Notes: generated from the sequence alone by a model not told the origin. A stretch of 64,000 nucleotides of DNA from an uncultured Candidatus Saccharibacteria bacterium (GCA_964350645.1 CAYGJY010000001.1:78316-142315); one strand, 5' to 3'. Numbered from the stretch's first letter, positions 10,601 through 18,661 are shown. Numbers and translations: made by a program.

Positions 10601-11142
10601 TTAACACCCCAACTGCCGTTAACAATGTGTTGCGTTTCCTCAATACGTTTGAAGGCGAGAACCTTCCACTTGATGGTAGCTACGACGTCACCGACAATGC
10701 AGCCGTGCAACGCTTCCAACTGAAGTACAAAAAAGAAATCCTCGACATCTGGAATCTGACCGAAGCCACCGGCTACGTTGGTATTACGACACGTCTTAAA
10801 ATGAACTTCCTCATCAAGGGAGCGACCGCCGAGTGTCCGGCTTTCGTGGAATACAACGGTGGACTCTCAGGCATCATGTTCTCACCTGAGATTGGCAAGA
10901 CGCAAACGATCCTCAAAGATCTGGGTATGTATCGTGGAGGAATCAATAACACTTGGGATGCTAGCACTAATCAAGCGCTGATTACCTTCCAAGAAACCTT
11001 CCGCGAAGTGATGCTCGACCCGTGGAATATCACAGAAGGTACCGGCTACAAGTACAAGACGACCAACTTATTCCTCAACTACTTTGCTGGGTGTGATACA
11101 GGAGCAGTGGAGTTAGAGGGCGTGGGGCGGTTTGAGATTTAA
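4696..11142 (+). CDS. Giant (2148 aa) secreted multidomain surface protein: signal peptide, LamG/ConA-like lectin, SASA/SGNH-like esterase-like core, SH3b-like, parallel beta-helix (PbH1) repeats, PKD domain, second LamG-like, conserved unknown domain, acidic linker, tandem PG-binding-like C-terminus
   Basis: N-terminal signal peptide (MSITRHIYKKTAITILVMSFVCSAFISQPAQA). LamG-like motifs 'WHHVVIT..IYVDGEKV' and 'WQHIVFTY..LYVNGTKV'. 'ALHGQSS' and 'DGDVTHF' esterase-like motifs. Beta-helix repeats 'NNTVTRASFGISIFG..IVKNNDINRF..VEGNTIH'. PKD signature 'YRWDFGDGRTETGRTVTHRYETHGTYNVTLRV'. C-terminus identical to the upstream ORF. Only 21 nt separate it from the upstream ORF, suggesting co-transcription. 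Confidence 0.85.
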   Translation: MSITRHIYKKTAITILVMSFVCSAFISQPAQATNLTDLRVALDQLEQTLLQLQQQLQLASVPRAGQVLGSRVSDTLLLDVAFSPSGITDRSSYGAPVNLNSGSALDVQEGLDGYVYNLTGVSDFQIPRTAEMQLYDHEEVSYVFTVKNDEPTKFRTGELFGILRSQQVFVKDEITYSHQSSDGSTYTIRSSGASIGDRAWHHVVITMNSLEERAAIYVDGEKVGEGIAKGKTKGMQSWGLHLGNPFGENFNGLIGEFQMHSIALSESEIQNRAAAFAAKVGNSPQPTPDPTPDPTPEPEPVADPVPTTPTPEPETTPVTTEAPAAPSAPATNGTLGIDPILRDKHIFDRGLARGQNSADIPLSGTAPAGSVVEVRTVEVSGSRATSPWRVIATADTSGRWQGAYTRGRSSEYLRAEARVRGTSGTVATVNTFGVGTTIALHGQSSDYHWIAFAGTPMENVIDDSAMQIVEINRASDPADSTTSVTAVTNAWKNAQRDFGNDVINRSGVVAFANMLMQGIPGEKFLVKFAAVSGTGIHSEFENSSDSRRRWPDEMRLHKAFDPYFVEGQKMSDTGLVAWVYSSSNNHIRFETSYGPMIFGKFPDGRPVVTGSSEYPYAHTWAEFYDWEQSRLGVGFNARAQGMNAARMTENPNYSRHLAPNVLGLNRFTQQAGELRRGVYIDRGHPGQEHPDGTVRAARMAAYGLLMHMKQVPAHDLRPFVGAAIEWAPTLNGVARPDAVLITNQNRDYTTLRRARGEARFTPDGTWRDGDVTHFMINGEMARNVRIVDDQGNLADKGNIIILKNDRSHWTTSDTLTFGLEVARYDWENPKDLADDVHKDLLAIPTDFPLMWVLPVTAHDPASSFFTNKIGQANSVTESEAAVVTPGVNTNISSPTVDAPAPATAIATAGDRVRVEQNVNVRDPFGLAGTLMGVQPIGAMGTVLNIAPQTADGYTWIPVNFDSGVDGWVADAFVEVTDDTPVASPAPAPAPTETNTPTDVQTSSTPVPSDAIVVTDSASLNAALRAAQGGEVIALQPNASGYTYRSPFRRDLQTYAAPVTVTSADKNNPARIKQFTLAQDGNIVLDGLHFEVAPGELGNRAVLLQLSSVKDIVVKNSTFDAGAPGFAETRAELDATAGGIQIRVGENVTIENNTVTRASFGISIFGSGDQPYNKNIIVKNNDINRFLGDGIRIVNFDGVLVEGNTIHTVFGTPQSVNHTDVIQVFSASLTKPSKNLTISNNFLNPGAGEGSQLIFMRNEAVDTGGGGEPMYYQNFRFEDNVIYGQHIHGITLGESNGVVIKNNTLLYNQAPGTFGAPRIFVSTKSKNVVVDKNIAHSVQAEWGGDNLTVQRGSLNQANYYGDLFVNALGGTELTLPDLRALPGSIIMERGYGAAETRKTGFDSLTALFKASPATNDRYAIQFDGGLSADASGALGTTATYRWDFGDGRTETGRTVTHRYETHGTYNVTLRVTKNGRTDSVTQNVKIVDPLLVKLDFSDELQDESSYDSSIIGDTGNLLSGLDDQVFRTKTGELLEISRGNGHIFNHQELSFEYWVKPEILSNWFMRLHTALTGSYGSNGSINMVLTDRAGANHSISSPAGVIEAGEWQHIVFTYSTITNTIRLYVNGTKVAERPAGGLTKGPQSWGLVLGSSFGSSQTADIGYFELRSDELSATDVARRYNAFATLTENDAVAVPVERPVDVTPEFTETPPVIINPTTPARPTPTVPTVPRNPTSPVSNDAAEDTEVVVSAPLTDRLKTVINAELRDKVRENRLEFARVQTKITKFLNRRESELKRDTRFSYPLGLYDFAAEVEPGSTETVTITLDALFETSDWTYRKYNPITDRYTDISDEVTYGTVTSNGETVTAITYEIEDNGPLDTDDRLGFIADPAGPALPNGEEVVIEETEEVDETEDTIVTSTNGGRSSSRDDEDKEDEQGAVATTESTPRTNPASTTILLVSANISFNQPSINTPTAVNNVLRFLNTFEGENLPLDGSYDVTDNAAVQRFQLKYKKEILDIWNLTEATGYVGITTRLKMNFLIKGATAECPAFVEYNGGLSGIMFSPEIGKTQTILKDLGMYRGGINNTWDASTNQALITFQETFREVMLDPWNITEGTGYKYKTTNLFLNYFAGCDTGAVELEGVGRFEI
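10563..11141 (+). repeat. 579-bp perfect direct repeat, copy 2 (3' end of giant ORF 2)
   Basis: See copy 1; the offset is 6468 bp. Confidence 0.85.
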
Positions 11143-11168
11143 CCAACTAACTGGGCAACGCCACAATC

Positions 11169-11191
11169 AAAACCACCGCAAGGTGGTTTTT
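11169..11191 (+). terminator. Intrinsic terminator after giant ORF 2
   Basis: aaaaccacc-gca-aggtggtttt hairpin followed by a T-run. Confidence 0.6.
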
Positions 11192-11305
11192 GATTTGTGT
11201 GTAATCCACAGAATTGATTTGATACTACGATTGGGCTACTAATATAAGCTATACTATATATAATAAAGCTAAAATATTAGCCAATTACCAATTTAGTGTA
11301 TTGTT

Positions 11306-12016
11306 ATGAGTTACGAACGACTAGCTAGAATCATCAGGGGCTCACTGTATGAGTCGTTGATTGTATTTGCACTCATAACAATCGGTTTTATGTTCCTCGA
11401 AGCAGGTATCAGTCGGGCCCAGTTGTTCGATGAATTTACCGTCACACAATCAATCACAGGTGAAGTTTCTTTCCAAACTAATGAAAATGACGTTGCTATG
11501 AGCACTGCAATTGCTGGTGTGACCGGTGGTCGGGCTACGGGAACAACAGTAGCAGTTGTCACGACCAACAGTGCCACTGGTTATACTATTGATATTGATT
11601 TTTCAGATACCCCAGCAATGAATCGAAATGGTAGTGGTGGAGCTGATTTTATTAGCAATTACACGCCGGCAGGAACGACCTCGCCGACAGTAAGCTTTGC
11701 TATTGGTGGTTCTGGTACAGCTGGTGAATTTGGCTATACCGTTGCAGCATCAACTAGTTATCATGTTGCACCTGAATTTAGAGGTAATGGTACAACTCTT
11801 TGTAACACTGGGGCAGGAGGAGTATTTACTGTAGATCAGTGTTGGCAAGCACCAAGTACTATTGCACGTGAAATTATTAACTCCACTTCCTCAACACCAG
11901 CGAACGGCGCCACAACGACGGTGAAGTTTGTCGTAGCAGTGCCAAGCTCTCCGAATCCGGCCTTACCAACTGGAGACTACGTAGCAACTGTCACGTTGAC
12001 TGCAGCTACCCAATAG
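11306..12016 (+). CDS. Secreted/surface protein of unknown function (N-terminal TM/signal, Thr/Gly/Ala-rich); paralog of 13136..13885
   Basis: N-terminal hydrophobic segment. The C-terminus '..PTGDYVATVTLTAATQ' resembles '..PGDYVATTTLTLLSL' of the paralog. First gene of a four-gene envelope cluster. Confidence 0.65.
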   Translation: MSYERLARIIRGSLYESLIVFALITIGFMFLEAGISRAQLFDEFTVTQSITGEVSFQTNENDVAMSTAIAGVTGGRATGTTVAVVTTNSATGYTIDIDFSDTPAMNRNGSGGADFISNYTPAGTTSPTVSFAIGGSGTAGEFGYTVAASTSYHVAPEFRGNGTTLCNTGAGGVFTVDQCWQAPSTIAREIINSTSSTPANGATTTVKFVVAVPSSPNPALPTGDYVATVTLTAATQ

Positions 12017-12024
12017 CTTAGACT

Positions 12025-13125
12025 TTGGTGGTAATGGCTTCTGTGCAATTTTATTTTATTAAGCAGTCACTTTGCATAAGTGGTGCACTGATTGGGTTAG
12101 TTGCCCTCGGGGCACCTTTTTTGTTTGCTGAGGCTCAGGTAAATGAGATTGCAGTCGAATCGGCTACAGCAACAGACATGTCTGCGAGTTCGCCAGCCAG
12201 AAGTTTTGATCCAGCTGACTTCGGTATTTCGGTCGAGACGCTACCAAACGCTAGTGATGTGATTGGAGATTTTGTAGTTGGACCAGGTAAGTTTGAGACG
12301 GCGTTGCAACCAGGTGAGTCAGTCACTACTGAGATATTAATTTCAAATCGCACAGGTATTGATCGCCGATTTAATATTGAGATTGAGGATGCCGCTGGTT
12401 CAGTTGATGGCTCTGATTCGATTGTGTTGCTTGGAGATGACCGGGGGCCATACTCTATAAAAGATTATATTGATGCACCAACGTTATCTTTTGATTTACG
12501 ACATGGAAAGCGTGCTCGTGTACCCGTTACTATCACAGTGCCGCCAGATGCTGAGCCAGGAGGTCTGTATGGTAGCGTCCTAATCAATACTGTTTCGGTT
12601 CCGATAGAGCAGGAAATTCAGGCTGGACAGGCTGCTGTTCGTTCACCAATTGTACAGCGAATCGGGGTACTGATGTTTGTCACAGTACCAGGTGATTCTA
12701 TCTATGAGGGGGGGCTTAAGGATTTCAGGATTATTCCTGAGAAAAAGTGGTTTAATGATGGGCCGTTCAATTTTTTAATTACATACGAAAATACTGGTTT
12801 GAGTCACTTGAACCCGTATGGTGAAATTCGGATTACTAATACACTTGGGGAAGAGGTTGGCTTCGTTGAATTACAGCCTTGGTTTGCCTTACCGCAGTCG
12901 GTCCGCATTAGGGAAGTAACCTGGAATCGTAGTATGCTGTATGGTAAGTATACGGCAACTATATCTCTTAACCGTGGTTACGAAGACATAGTCGACGAAT
13001 TGGCATACAGTTTTTGGGTTATTCCATGGAAGCCAGTAGCAGGAGGTTTTGCGCTGGTGTTTGTACTGTTATTTTTATTACGTAGTTTCTTTAAGAAATT
13101 TGAATTTAAACGTAAAGATTCATAA
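12025..13125 (+). CDS. Cell-surface protein with N-terminal signal and C-terminal TM anchor plus basic tail (DUF916-like architecture)
   Basis: Signal-like N-terminus. C-terminus 'WKPVAGGFALVFVLLFLLRSFFKKFEFKRKDS'. The architecture resembles the membrane-anchored component of Gram-positive WxL-type surface clusters; this is analogy only. Confidence 0.6.
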   Translation: MVVMASVQFYFIKQSLCISGALIGLVALGAPFLFAEAQVNEIAVESATATDMSASSPARSFDPADFGISVETLPNASDVIGDFVVGPGKFETALQPGESVTTEILISNRTGIDRRFNIEIEDAAGSVDGSDSIVLLGDDRGPYSIKDYIDAPTLSFDLRHGKRARVPVTITVPPDAEPGGLYGSVLINTVSVPIEQEIQAGQAAVRSPIVQRIGVLMFVTVPGDSIYEGGLKDFRIIPEKKWFNDGPFNFLITYENTGLSHLNPYGEIRITNTLGEEVGFVELQPWFALPQSVRIREVTWNRSMLYGKYTATISLNRGYEDIVDELAYSFWVIPWKPVAGGFALVFVLLFLLRSFFKKFEFKRKDS

Positions 13126-13135
13126 CCGCAGACCT

Positions 13136-13885
13136 ATGAAGCGGATGTTCATTAGTACAATTGTTTGTTTGACGATTATAACTGGCTTGCATGGTGCAGA
13201 GGCACAAGTTCGGAGCAGTTCAAATTATCAAATTCAAAGTGACAGCGTTAATTTTGCTGGTGGCCGTTCGACGTCAACTAATTATGTGCAAGAATCAACG
13301 GCTGGGGAGGTAGGTACTGGTGAATCAACCAGTTCCTCGTATGTGTTAAGAGCAGGATATCAGCAGATGCAGGAGGTATTTTTATCCTTAGCCGGTGGAG
13401 CTGATGTAACCATGAGTCCGAATATTCCAGGTATTACTGGGGGTGAATCAAATGGCTCGACAACGGTAACAGCCCTCACTGATAGCCCGTCAGGGTATCA
13501 GCTCACTATTGAAGCGTCAGCGAGCCCAGCGATGGTAAGTGGGGCAAATACAATAGCCGATTATGTTCCAGTGGGAGTTGTGCCAGATCTTCTCTTTACG
13601 ACAGCAGGAGCTGATGCTCATTTTGCGTTTTCTCCTTTTGGTAGTGACGTGGTGACTCGGTTCCAGACTGACGGATTAGATTGTGGAGTATCAGGTTCTG
13701 CATCGACGACTGCTTGTTGGGACGGGCTGTCTACGACAGCAGCCGTGATTGCTTCAAGTATTTCAGCCAATCAGCCAACCGGTTCCGACACTACGATATA
13801 CTATAGAGTAGGGGTTGGTGGTTCAGCGAATCAAGCTCCAGGTGACTATGTGGCCACCACCACCCTGACACTTTTGTCATTATGA
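13136..13885 (+). CDS. Secreted/surface protein, paralog of 11306..12016
   Basis: I chose the ATG at 13136 (MKRMFISTIVCLTIITGLHGAEAQ signal peptide) rather than the track's overlapping upstream start. The C-terminal motif is shared with the paralog. Confidence 0.65.
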   Translation: MKRMFISTIVCLTIITGLHGAEAQVRSSSNYQIQSDSVNFAGGRSTSTNYVQESTAGEVGTGESTSSSYVLRAGYQQMQEVFLSLAGGADVTMSPNIPGITGGESNGSTTVTALTDSPSGYQLTIEASASPAMVSGANTIADYVPVGVVPDLLFTTAGADAHFAFSPFGSDVVTRFQTDGLDCGVSGSASTTACWDGLSTTAAVIASSISANQPTGSDTTIYYRVGVGGSANQAPGDYVATTTLTLLSL

Positions 13886-15489
13886 TTAGAGCGTGCGTAG
13901 GCACAGTATGTAGTTTTATTTGTTTGGCTTTTGTATTGCCAGGGAGTCTTTTTGCGGCAACTGATGATTCGTTTACGGTAACACAAACTATCAATACCCT
14001 TGATCCAGTGCCGCCAACTACTCCTTTGAATTTCACTGTGGTGCCAGTAACGAGTAGTCAAATCAATTTAGATTGGGATCCGTCGTCAGATAATATTGGC
14101 GTTGATGGCTATCAGGTGTTTCGAGATAGTGTTCAGATTGCTACTACTAGTGCTACAGCCTATTTTGATACAGGCCTTACTCCCAGCACAACGTACGCAT
14201 ATAATGTAATTGCGTTTGACGTGGCGCGTAATTTTTCAACTTCAACCGCAGTGTTGTCGACAACGACACTGCCTTTTATAGCAACGACTACGTCACCGAC
14301 GGCTACCAGTACTGGAGGAGTGAGTGGCTATTATCTTCCTGATATTGAACTTATTGATATACGCAGTCAGTCGAGTGAGGATTCGATTGCTCTTGAATTT
14401 ACCACTAATAGATATGCTCGTTTCACTATCAGGTGGGGCCGGACGAATAGCTATGAACTCGGGTATACCGGTACAGATGTATTTCAAAAAGAACACCGGA
14501 CTTTTATTGATTCACTGACACCCGGTACCACGTATCAGATTGAGATCATTTTGCTAGATGAATTTGGTTTGTCACAGTTGCGGTATCAAACCGAAATTAT
14601 CACAAAACCAAGACCGGACGACCAGCCGCCAGCGAACGTAAGTGGGTTGACCGTCTTTGATTTGGATGAAGTGTTACAACTTACTTGGCAAAACCCGCCG
14701 TTAGATGATTTTGCTAAGGTGCGCGTTTTAAGTAATGATTATTTTTATCCGATTCACAGTGCGGATGGCTGGTTAGTATATGACGGTACAGGTGAGACAG
14801 TAATTGATCGACGATCATTAGCTTCAGGAGCCACTCGCTATTACACTGTTTTTGTATATGACACCGTAGGTAATATTTCTTCTGGTGCAATTGTGGCAGT
14901 TACGAGAGATGAAAATGGAGCAGTGACAATCTCTACTTCATTTCCAACTATCACCCTGACACCAATTGATGACATATCGCCAGCGGTGCAAGCTATTTTA
15001 GAGCAGCTACAGTTTGCTGATGTGATTTTCATGCAGGATGGGAGTGAGCAACTAGTAGATCATAATCGCATACAACTTTCAGGTTCGCGCGAGACGTTAG
15101 TCCGTCTGGCGTACGATAAAGTACCAGAACACTTAAAAACTATTATGGTGACGTTGCGTGATCCTGATGATGAGAATGCACTTTTCTCTTTCTTGTTGAG
15201 AATAAACCAAGACAAAAGTTATTATGAGGCTCGAGTAGGGGCTTTAGAAAAAGCTGGTGTGTATGATGTGACTGTGACTGTGATTGATTTTAAGACTAGT
15301 GCACTAGCGAATCTTGAAGGAGAGATTGAGGTAGTTATTTCTGAAGGGGGTATCAGTTCAGGTAGCGGTATTCGGCCGACAACGTGGTTGATGCAGCTGC
15401 TGCCACTGGTTGGATTAAGCTTACTATTATTGCTGATCACATTACTTATTATTAAGCGCCGGTATACTGCTGAGGATAAAGGTCTTTAG
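13882..15489 (+). CDS. Surface protein with fibronectin type III domain(s), C-terminal TM and possible LPxxG-like sorting signal
   Basis: Signal peptide. FN3 hallmark 'PPTTPLNFTVVPVTSSQINLDWDPS..GYQVFRD..TTYAYNVIAFD'. C-terminus 'LLPLVGLSLLLLLITLLIIKRRYTAEDKGL'. Confidence 0.7.
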   Translation: MIRACVGTVCSFICLAFVLPGSLFAATDDSFTVTQTINTLDPVPPTTPLNFTVVPVTSSQINLDWDPSSDNIGVDGYQVFRDSVQIATTSATAYFDTGLTPSTTYAYNVIAFDVARNFSTSTAVLSTTTLPFIATTTSPTATSTGGVSGYYLPDIELIDIRSQSSEDSIALEFTTNRYARFTIRWGRTNSYELGYTGTDVFQKEHRTFIDSLTPGTTYQIEIILLDEFGLSQLRYQTEIITKPRPDDQPPANVSGLTVFDLDEVLQLTWQNPPLDDFAKVRVLSNDYFYPIHSADGWLVYDGTGETVIDRRSLASGATRYYTVFVYDTVGNISSGAIVAVTRDENGAVTISTSFPTITLTPIDDISPAVQAILEQLQFADVIFMQDGSEQLVDHNRIQLSGSRETLVRLAYDKVPEHLKTIMVTLRDPDDENALFSFLLRINQDKSYYEARVGALEKAGVYDVTVTVIDFKTSALANLEGEIEVVISEGGISSGSGIRPTTWLMQLLPLVGLSLLLLLITLLIIKRRYTAEDKGL

Positions 15490-15543
15490 AAAACCCTGGG
15501 GGTGGCGTATAGTTGTACTATATTAATTTAGGCATATATCACA

Positions 15544-16578
15544 ATGACTCGAGTAGCAATTAATGGTTTTGGGAGAATTGGTCGTACGTTTTTCAAAATG
15601 GCCCACGGTAATCCAGATTTTGAAGTGGTGGCTATTAATGATTTGGGTGACATTGAAAACCTCGCCTACCTTTTAAGCTACGATACTGCCTATGGTCGGA
15701 GTGACATGGAGGTGGCGGTTGTCGAAAATGAATTGCTGGTTGACGGTAAAAAAATTGCCTTCGTACAAGAGCGTGACCCAAAGACACTACCTTGGGGAGC
15801 GATGGATATTGATGTTGTGGTTGAAGCCACTGGATTTTTTGCATCGTACGAAAAATCTAAAATGCATCTTGAAGCTGGTGCAAAGCGGGTGGTCATCTCG
15901 GCTCCAGTGAAAGACAGTGCAGCTGCGGCTGGAGTTACAGGAGAGACCATTCTCATGGGTGTTAATGATGACTCACTCGCTACGTGTACTATTAGTTCAA
16001 ATGCCTCGTGTACGACAAACGCTACGAGTCCACTCGTGGCTATCTTGAAGGAGAGTATTGGTATTGATAAAGCTATTTTAAATACTGTCCACGCCTACAC
16101 GGCATCTCAGGCAATTGTTGACGGACCGAGTCAAAAGAATTTCCGCCTCGGTCGGGCTGCAGCACAAAATATCATTCCAACATCAACTGGAGCAGCAGTT
16201 GCAACAACCCAGGCACATACTGAGCTTGAAGGGAAGTTTGATGGTATTGCCATGCGTGTCCCGGTGCCGGTTGGGTCAATTGTTGACATTACGTTTATTG
16301 CTAGTCGACCGACAACAGCTGAAGAAGTAAACGATGCTCTTAAGAAAGCCGCTGAATCAGACCACTGGAAACACTTGTTTGCTGTGACCGATGAGCCAAT
16401 TGTGTCGTCTGACATTATTGGTGCAGAATTTGCTTCAATTGCTGACTTGCAAATGACGCGCGTCGTAGATGGTAACTTGGTGAAAGTCCTCGCTTGGTAT
16501 GACAATGAAACGAGCTATACACACACACTTGTCGAGCACGTACGCTCAGTAGCCAAATTCTTTAACGCCAAAGGCTAA
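15544..16578 (+). CDS. gap: Glyceraldehyde-3-phosphate dehydrogenase
   Basis: MTRVAINGFGRIGR N-terminus; active-site SCTTN. Confidence 0.95.
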   Translation: MTRVAINGFGRIGRTFFKMAHGNPDFEVVAINDLGDIENLAYLLSYDTAYGRSDMEVAVVENELLVDGKKIAFVQERDPKTLPWGAMDIDVVVEATGFFASYEKSKMHLEAGAKRVVISAPVKDSAAAAGVTGETILMGVNDDSLATCTISSNASCTTNATSPLVAILKESIGIDKAILNTVHAYTASQAIVDGPSQKNFRLGRAAAQNIIPTSTGAAVATTQAHTELEGKFDGIAMRVPVPVGSIVDITFIASRPTTAEEVNDALKKAAESDHWKHLFAVTDEPIVSSDIIGAEFASIADLQMTRVVDGNLVKVLAWYDNETSYTHTLVEHVRSVAKFFNAKG

Positions 16579-16583
16579 ATCAT

Positions 16584-17036
16584 ATGAAACCAAAAATTTA
16601 TTTTGCTGCAGACCACTGGGGGTTTGAGCTTATTCCGCAGCTCGTTGAGTTTGTAAATACTCTTGGTTATGAAACCGAACATTGCGGCCCATATGAGTAT
16701 GATGCGACTGACGATTACCCAGATTTTATTCAAAAAGCAGCAGGATTGGTAGCCGCAGACCCAGAGCACAGTCGGGCAATTATTTTTGGTAAGTCTGGTC
16801 AAGGCGAGGCGATGTGTGCCAACCGCTTTCTTGGTGTGCGTGCAGCCGTCTACTACGGTGGTCCAACGGAAATTATTACTCTTTCGCGAGAACATAATAA
16901 CGCTAATGTGCTCTCACTCGGGGCTGGGTTTATTGATAGTGAACGTGCACAAGCAGCAATTGCGCTTTGGCTCGAGACTGAATTTACAGAGGAAGAACGT
17001 CATGCTCGGCGTCTCGCTAAGTTGGACGTTATATAA
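16584..17036 (+). CDS. rpiB: Ribose-5-phosphate isomerase B (RpiB/LacAB family)
   Basis: 150 aa; 'IFGKSGQGEAMCANR' motif typical of RpiB. Confidence 0.85.
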   Translation: MKPKIYFAADHWGFELIPQLVEFVNTLGYETEHCGPYEYDATDDYPDFIQKAAGLVAADPEHSRAIIFGKSGQGEAMCANRFLGVRAAVYYGGPTEIITLSREHNNANVLSLGAGFIDSERAQAAIALWLETEFTEEERHARRLAKLDVI

Positions 17037-17038
17037 GT

Positions 17039-17707
17039 ATGAGCATCACCATTTTGCCATCCCTGCCAGCTCAGTCGTTTGCTGAGATTAACGCGCTCGC
17101 TGAGGTACTTCGTGGTGTCGTATCTGAGTTACAGGTCGATCTTGTTGATGGGCAGTTCGTCCCACTAGTCTCTTGGCCATTCACAGAGCCTGATCCAGTG
17201 CAGGCACTGCTTCAGTTGGGTGAGCTTACCAGTGAGTATGCTTTAGAGATTGATTGTATGGTCAGAGAACCCGAACAATACTTGGAAGCATTCGCAACAA
17301 TTGCACCAAAGCGAGTTATTATCCATCTTGGAAGTACTACTGCCCATGAAGAACTACATCGACATGCCCGTCAGCACAACTATAAACTCGGTTTGGCGTT
17401 TACCAATGATCAGTCACTAACTGAGGTTGAAGCTTTATTGCCGCTGTATGATTATGTGCAGGTAATGGGGATTGCAGCGGTGGGACAACAAGGACAAGCA
17501 TTTGATGAGCGAACGCTCGATACAATAGCCACTCTCAACGCCAAATATCCAGCACTTGAAGTAGCTGTCGATGGGGCAGTTAACGCAACAACGATTCCAT
17601 TGTTGAAAGCGGCCGGGGCAGATCGATTTGCTCCTGGATCAGCGATCGCCAAGCAAACAGACCCTCGATCGGCTTTTCTAGCCCTCAAAGCTATTGCCGA
17701 AGCGTAA
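17039..17707 (+). CDS. rpe: Ribulose-phosphate 3-epimerase-like
   Basis: 222 aa. 'ILPSLPAQSFAEINALAE..VDLVDGQFVP' matches the Rpe N-terminal pattern (SILSADF..DVMDGHFVPN). It sits in a pentose-phosphate cluster. Confidence 0.7.
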   Translation: MSITILPSLPAQSFAEINALAEVLRGVVSELQVDLVDGQFVPLVSWPFTEPDPVQALLQLGELTSEYALEIDCMVREPEQYLEAFATIAPKRVIIHLGSTTAHEELHRHARQHNYKLGLAFTNDQSLTEVEALLPLYDYVQVMGIAAVGQQGQAFDERTLDTIATLNAKYPALEVAVDGAVNATTIPLLKAAGADRFAPGSAIAKQTDPRSAFLALKAIAEA

Positions 17708-17755
17708 TTTATAAACAAAATTGGTTTTTTATTACCAGCGAGTCATCGTATACTG

Positions 17756-18658
17756 TTGTTACGTATGCACTACTTAAGCGCCAAAGACGTCAGTACTTTA
17801 GAGGTTAAAGCGAACGAAATCAGACAAAGCATCATTGAGATGCTGGTTGAAGCTGGTAGTGGGCACACGGCTGGTCCACTTGGTATGGCTGATGTGTTTG
17901 CGTTGCTGTATTTTGAAGTGTTAAAACACGATCCACAAAATCCAGACTGGGCAGAGCGCGATCGATTGGTTTTGTCGGCTGGGCATATCTGTCCAGTCTT
18001 ATATGCTGCGATGGCCCACTCAGGGTACTTCCCAGTTGAAGAATTACTAACACTTCGCAAATTGGGTTCACGCCTACAGGGACATCCACATCGTCAAGCA
18101 CTTCCGGGTATCGAAACTAGTTCTGGGCCACTTGGTAGTGGATTGTCCCAAGCAGTCGGTATGTCACTAGCAGAACGGATCGATAATCCATATTCCTCAA
18201 AATATATTTACTGTATTACTGGTGATGGTGAATGGAACGAAGGACAGATGTGGGAAGCTGCTATGTTGGCTGGTAAAGAAAGATTACATAATTTGATTGT
18301 CATTGTTGATCGTAACGGTATTCAGATCGATGGGTACACCAAAGACGTGATGCCGCTCGAGCCATTCCGGGAAAAACTAGAAGCCTTTAATTTTGATGTA
18401 CAAGAAGTTGATGGTCACAATATTAGAAGTATGAATGATGCAATCGGTAAAGCTCAGTCGGTGTACGGGCAGCCGTCGATTATTTTGGCACACACGATTC
18501 CGGCTAAAGGTGTGGATGTGTTTGAGCGAGATTTTCGCTGGCATGGTAACCCTCCGGGTAAAGGTCCAGAGGATCGAGTACCCAAGAGTGAACAAGCAAA
18601 AGTAGCTTTAGAAAAGTTGCGCAGTTTAAGTGGATCAATTGATCCTTCAGATTCATAG
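17756..18658 (+). CDS. tkt: Transketolase, N-terminal (TPP-binding) subunit
   Basis: 'AGSGHTAGPLGMADVFALLY' TPP motif; 300 aa split form. Confidence 0.9.
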   Translation: MLRMHYLSAKDVSTLEVKANEIRQSIIEMLVEAGSGHTAGPLGMADVFALLYFEVLKHDPQNPDWAERDRLVLSAGHICPVLYAAMAHSGYFPVEELLTLRKLGSRLQGHPHRQALPGIETSSGPLGSGLSQAVGMSLAERIDNPYSSKYIYCITGDGEWNEGQMWEAAMLAGKERLHNLIVIVDRNGIQIDGYTKDVMPLEPFREKLEAFNFDVQEVDGHNIRSMNDAIGKAQSVYGQPSIILAHTIPAKGVDVFERDFRWHGNPPGKGPEDRVPKSEQAKVALEKLRSLSGSIDPSDS

Positions 18659-18661
18659 ACT

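Noticed and set aside
16575-17085. ORFs 16575..16895 (-) and 16786..17085 (+) overlapping rpiB
   Set aside because: They overlap a strongly supported RpiB CDS; no motifs.
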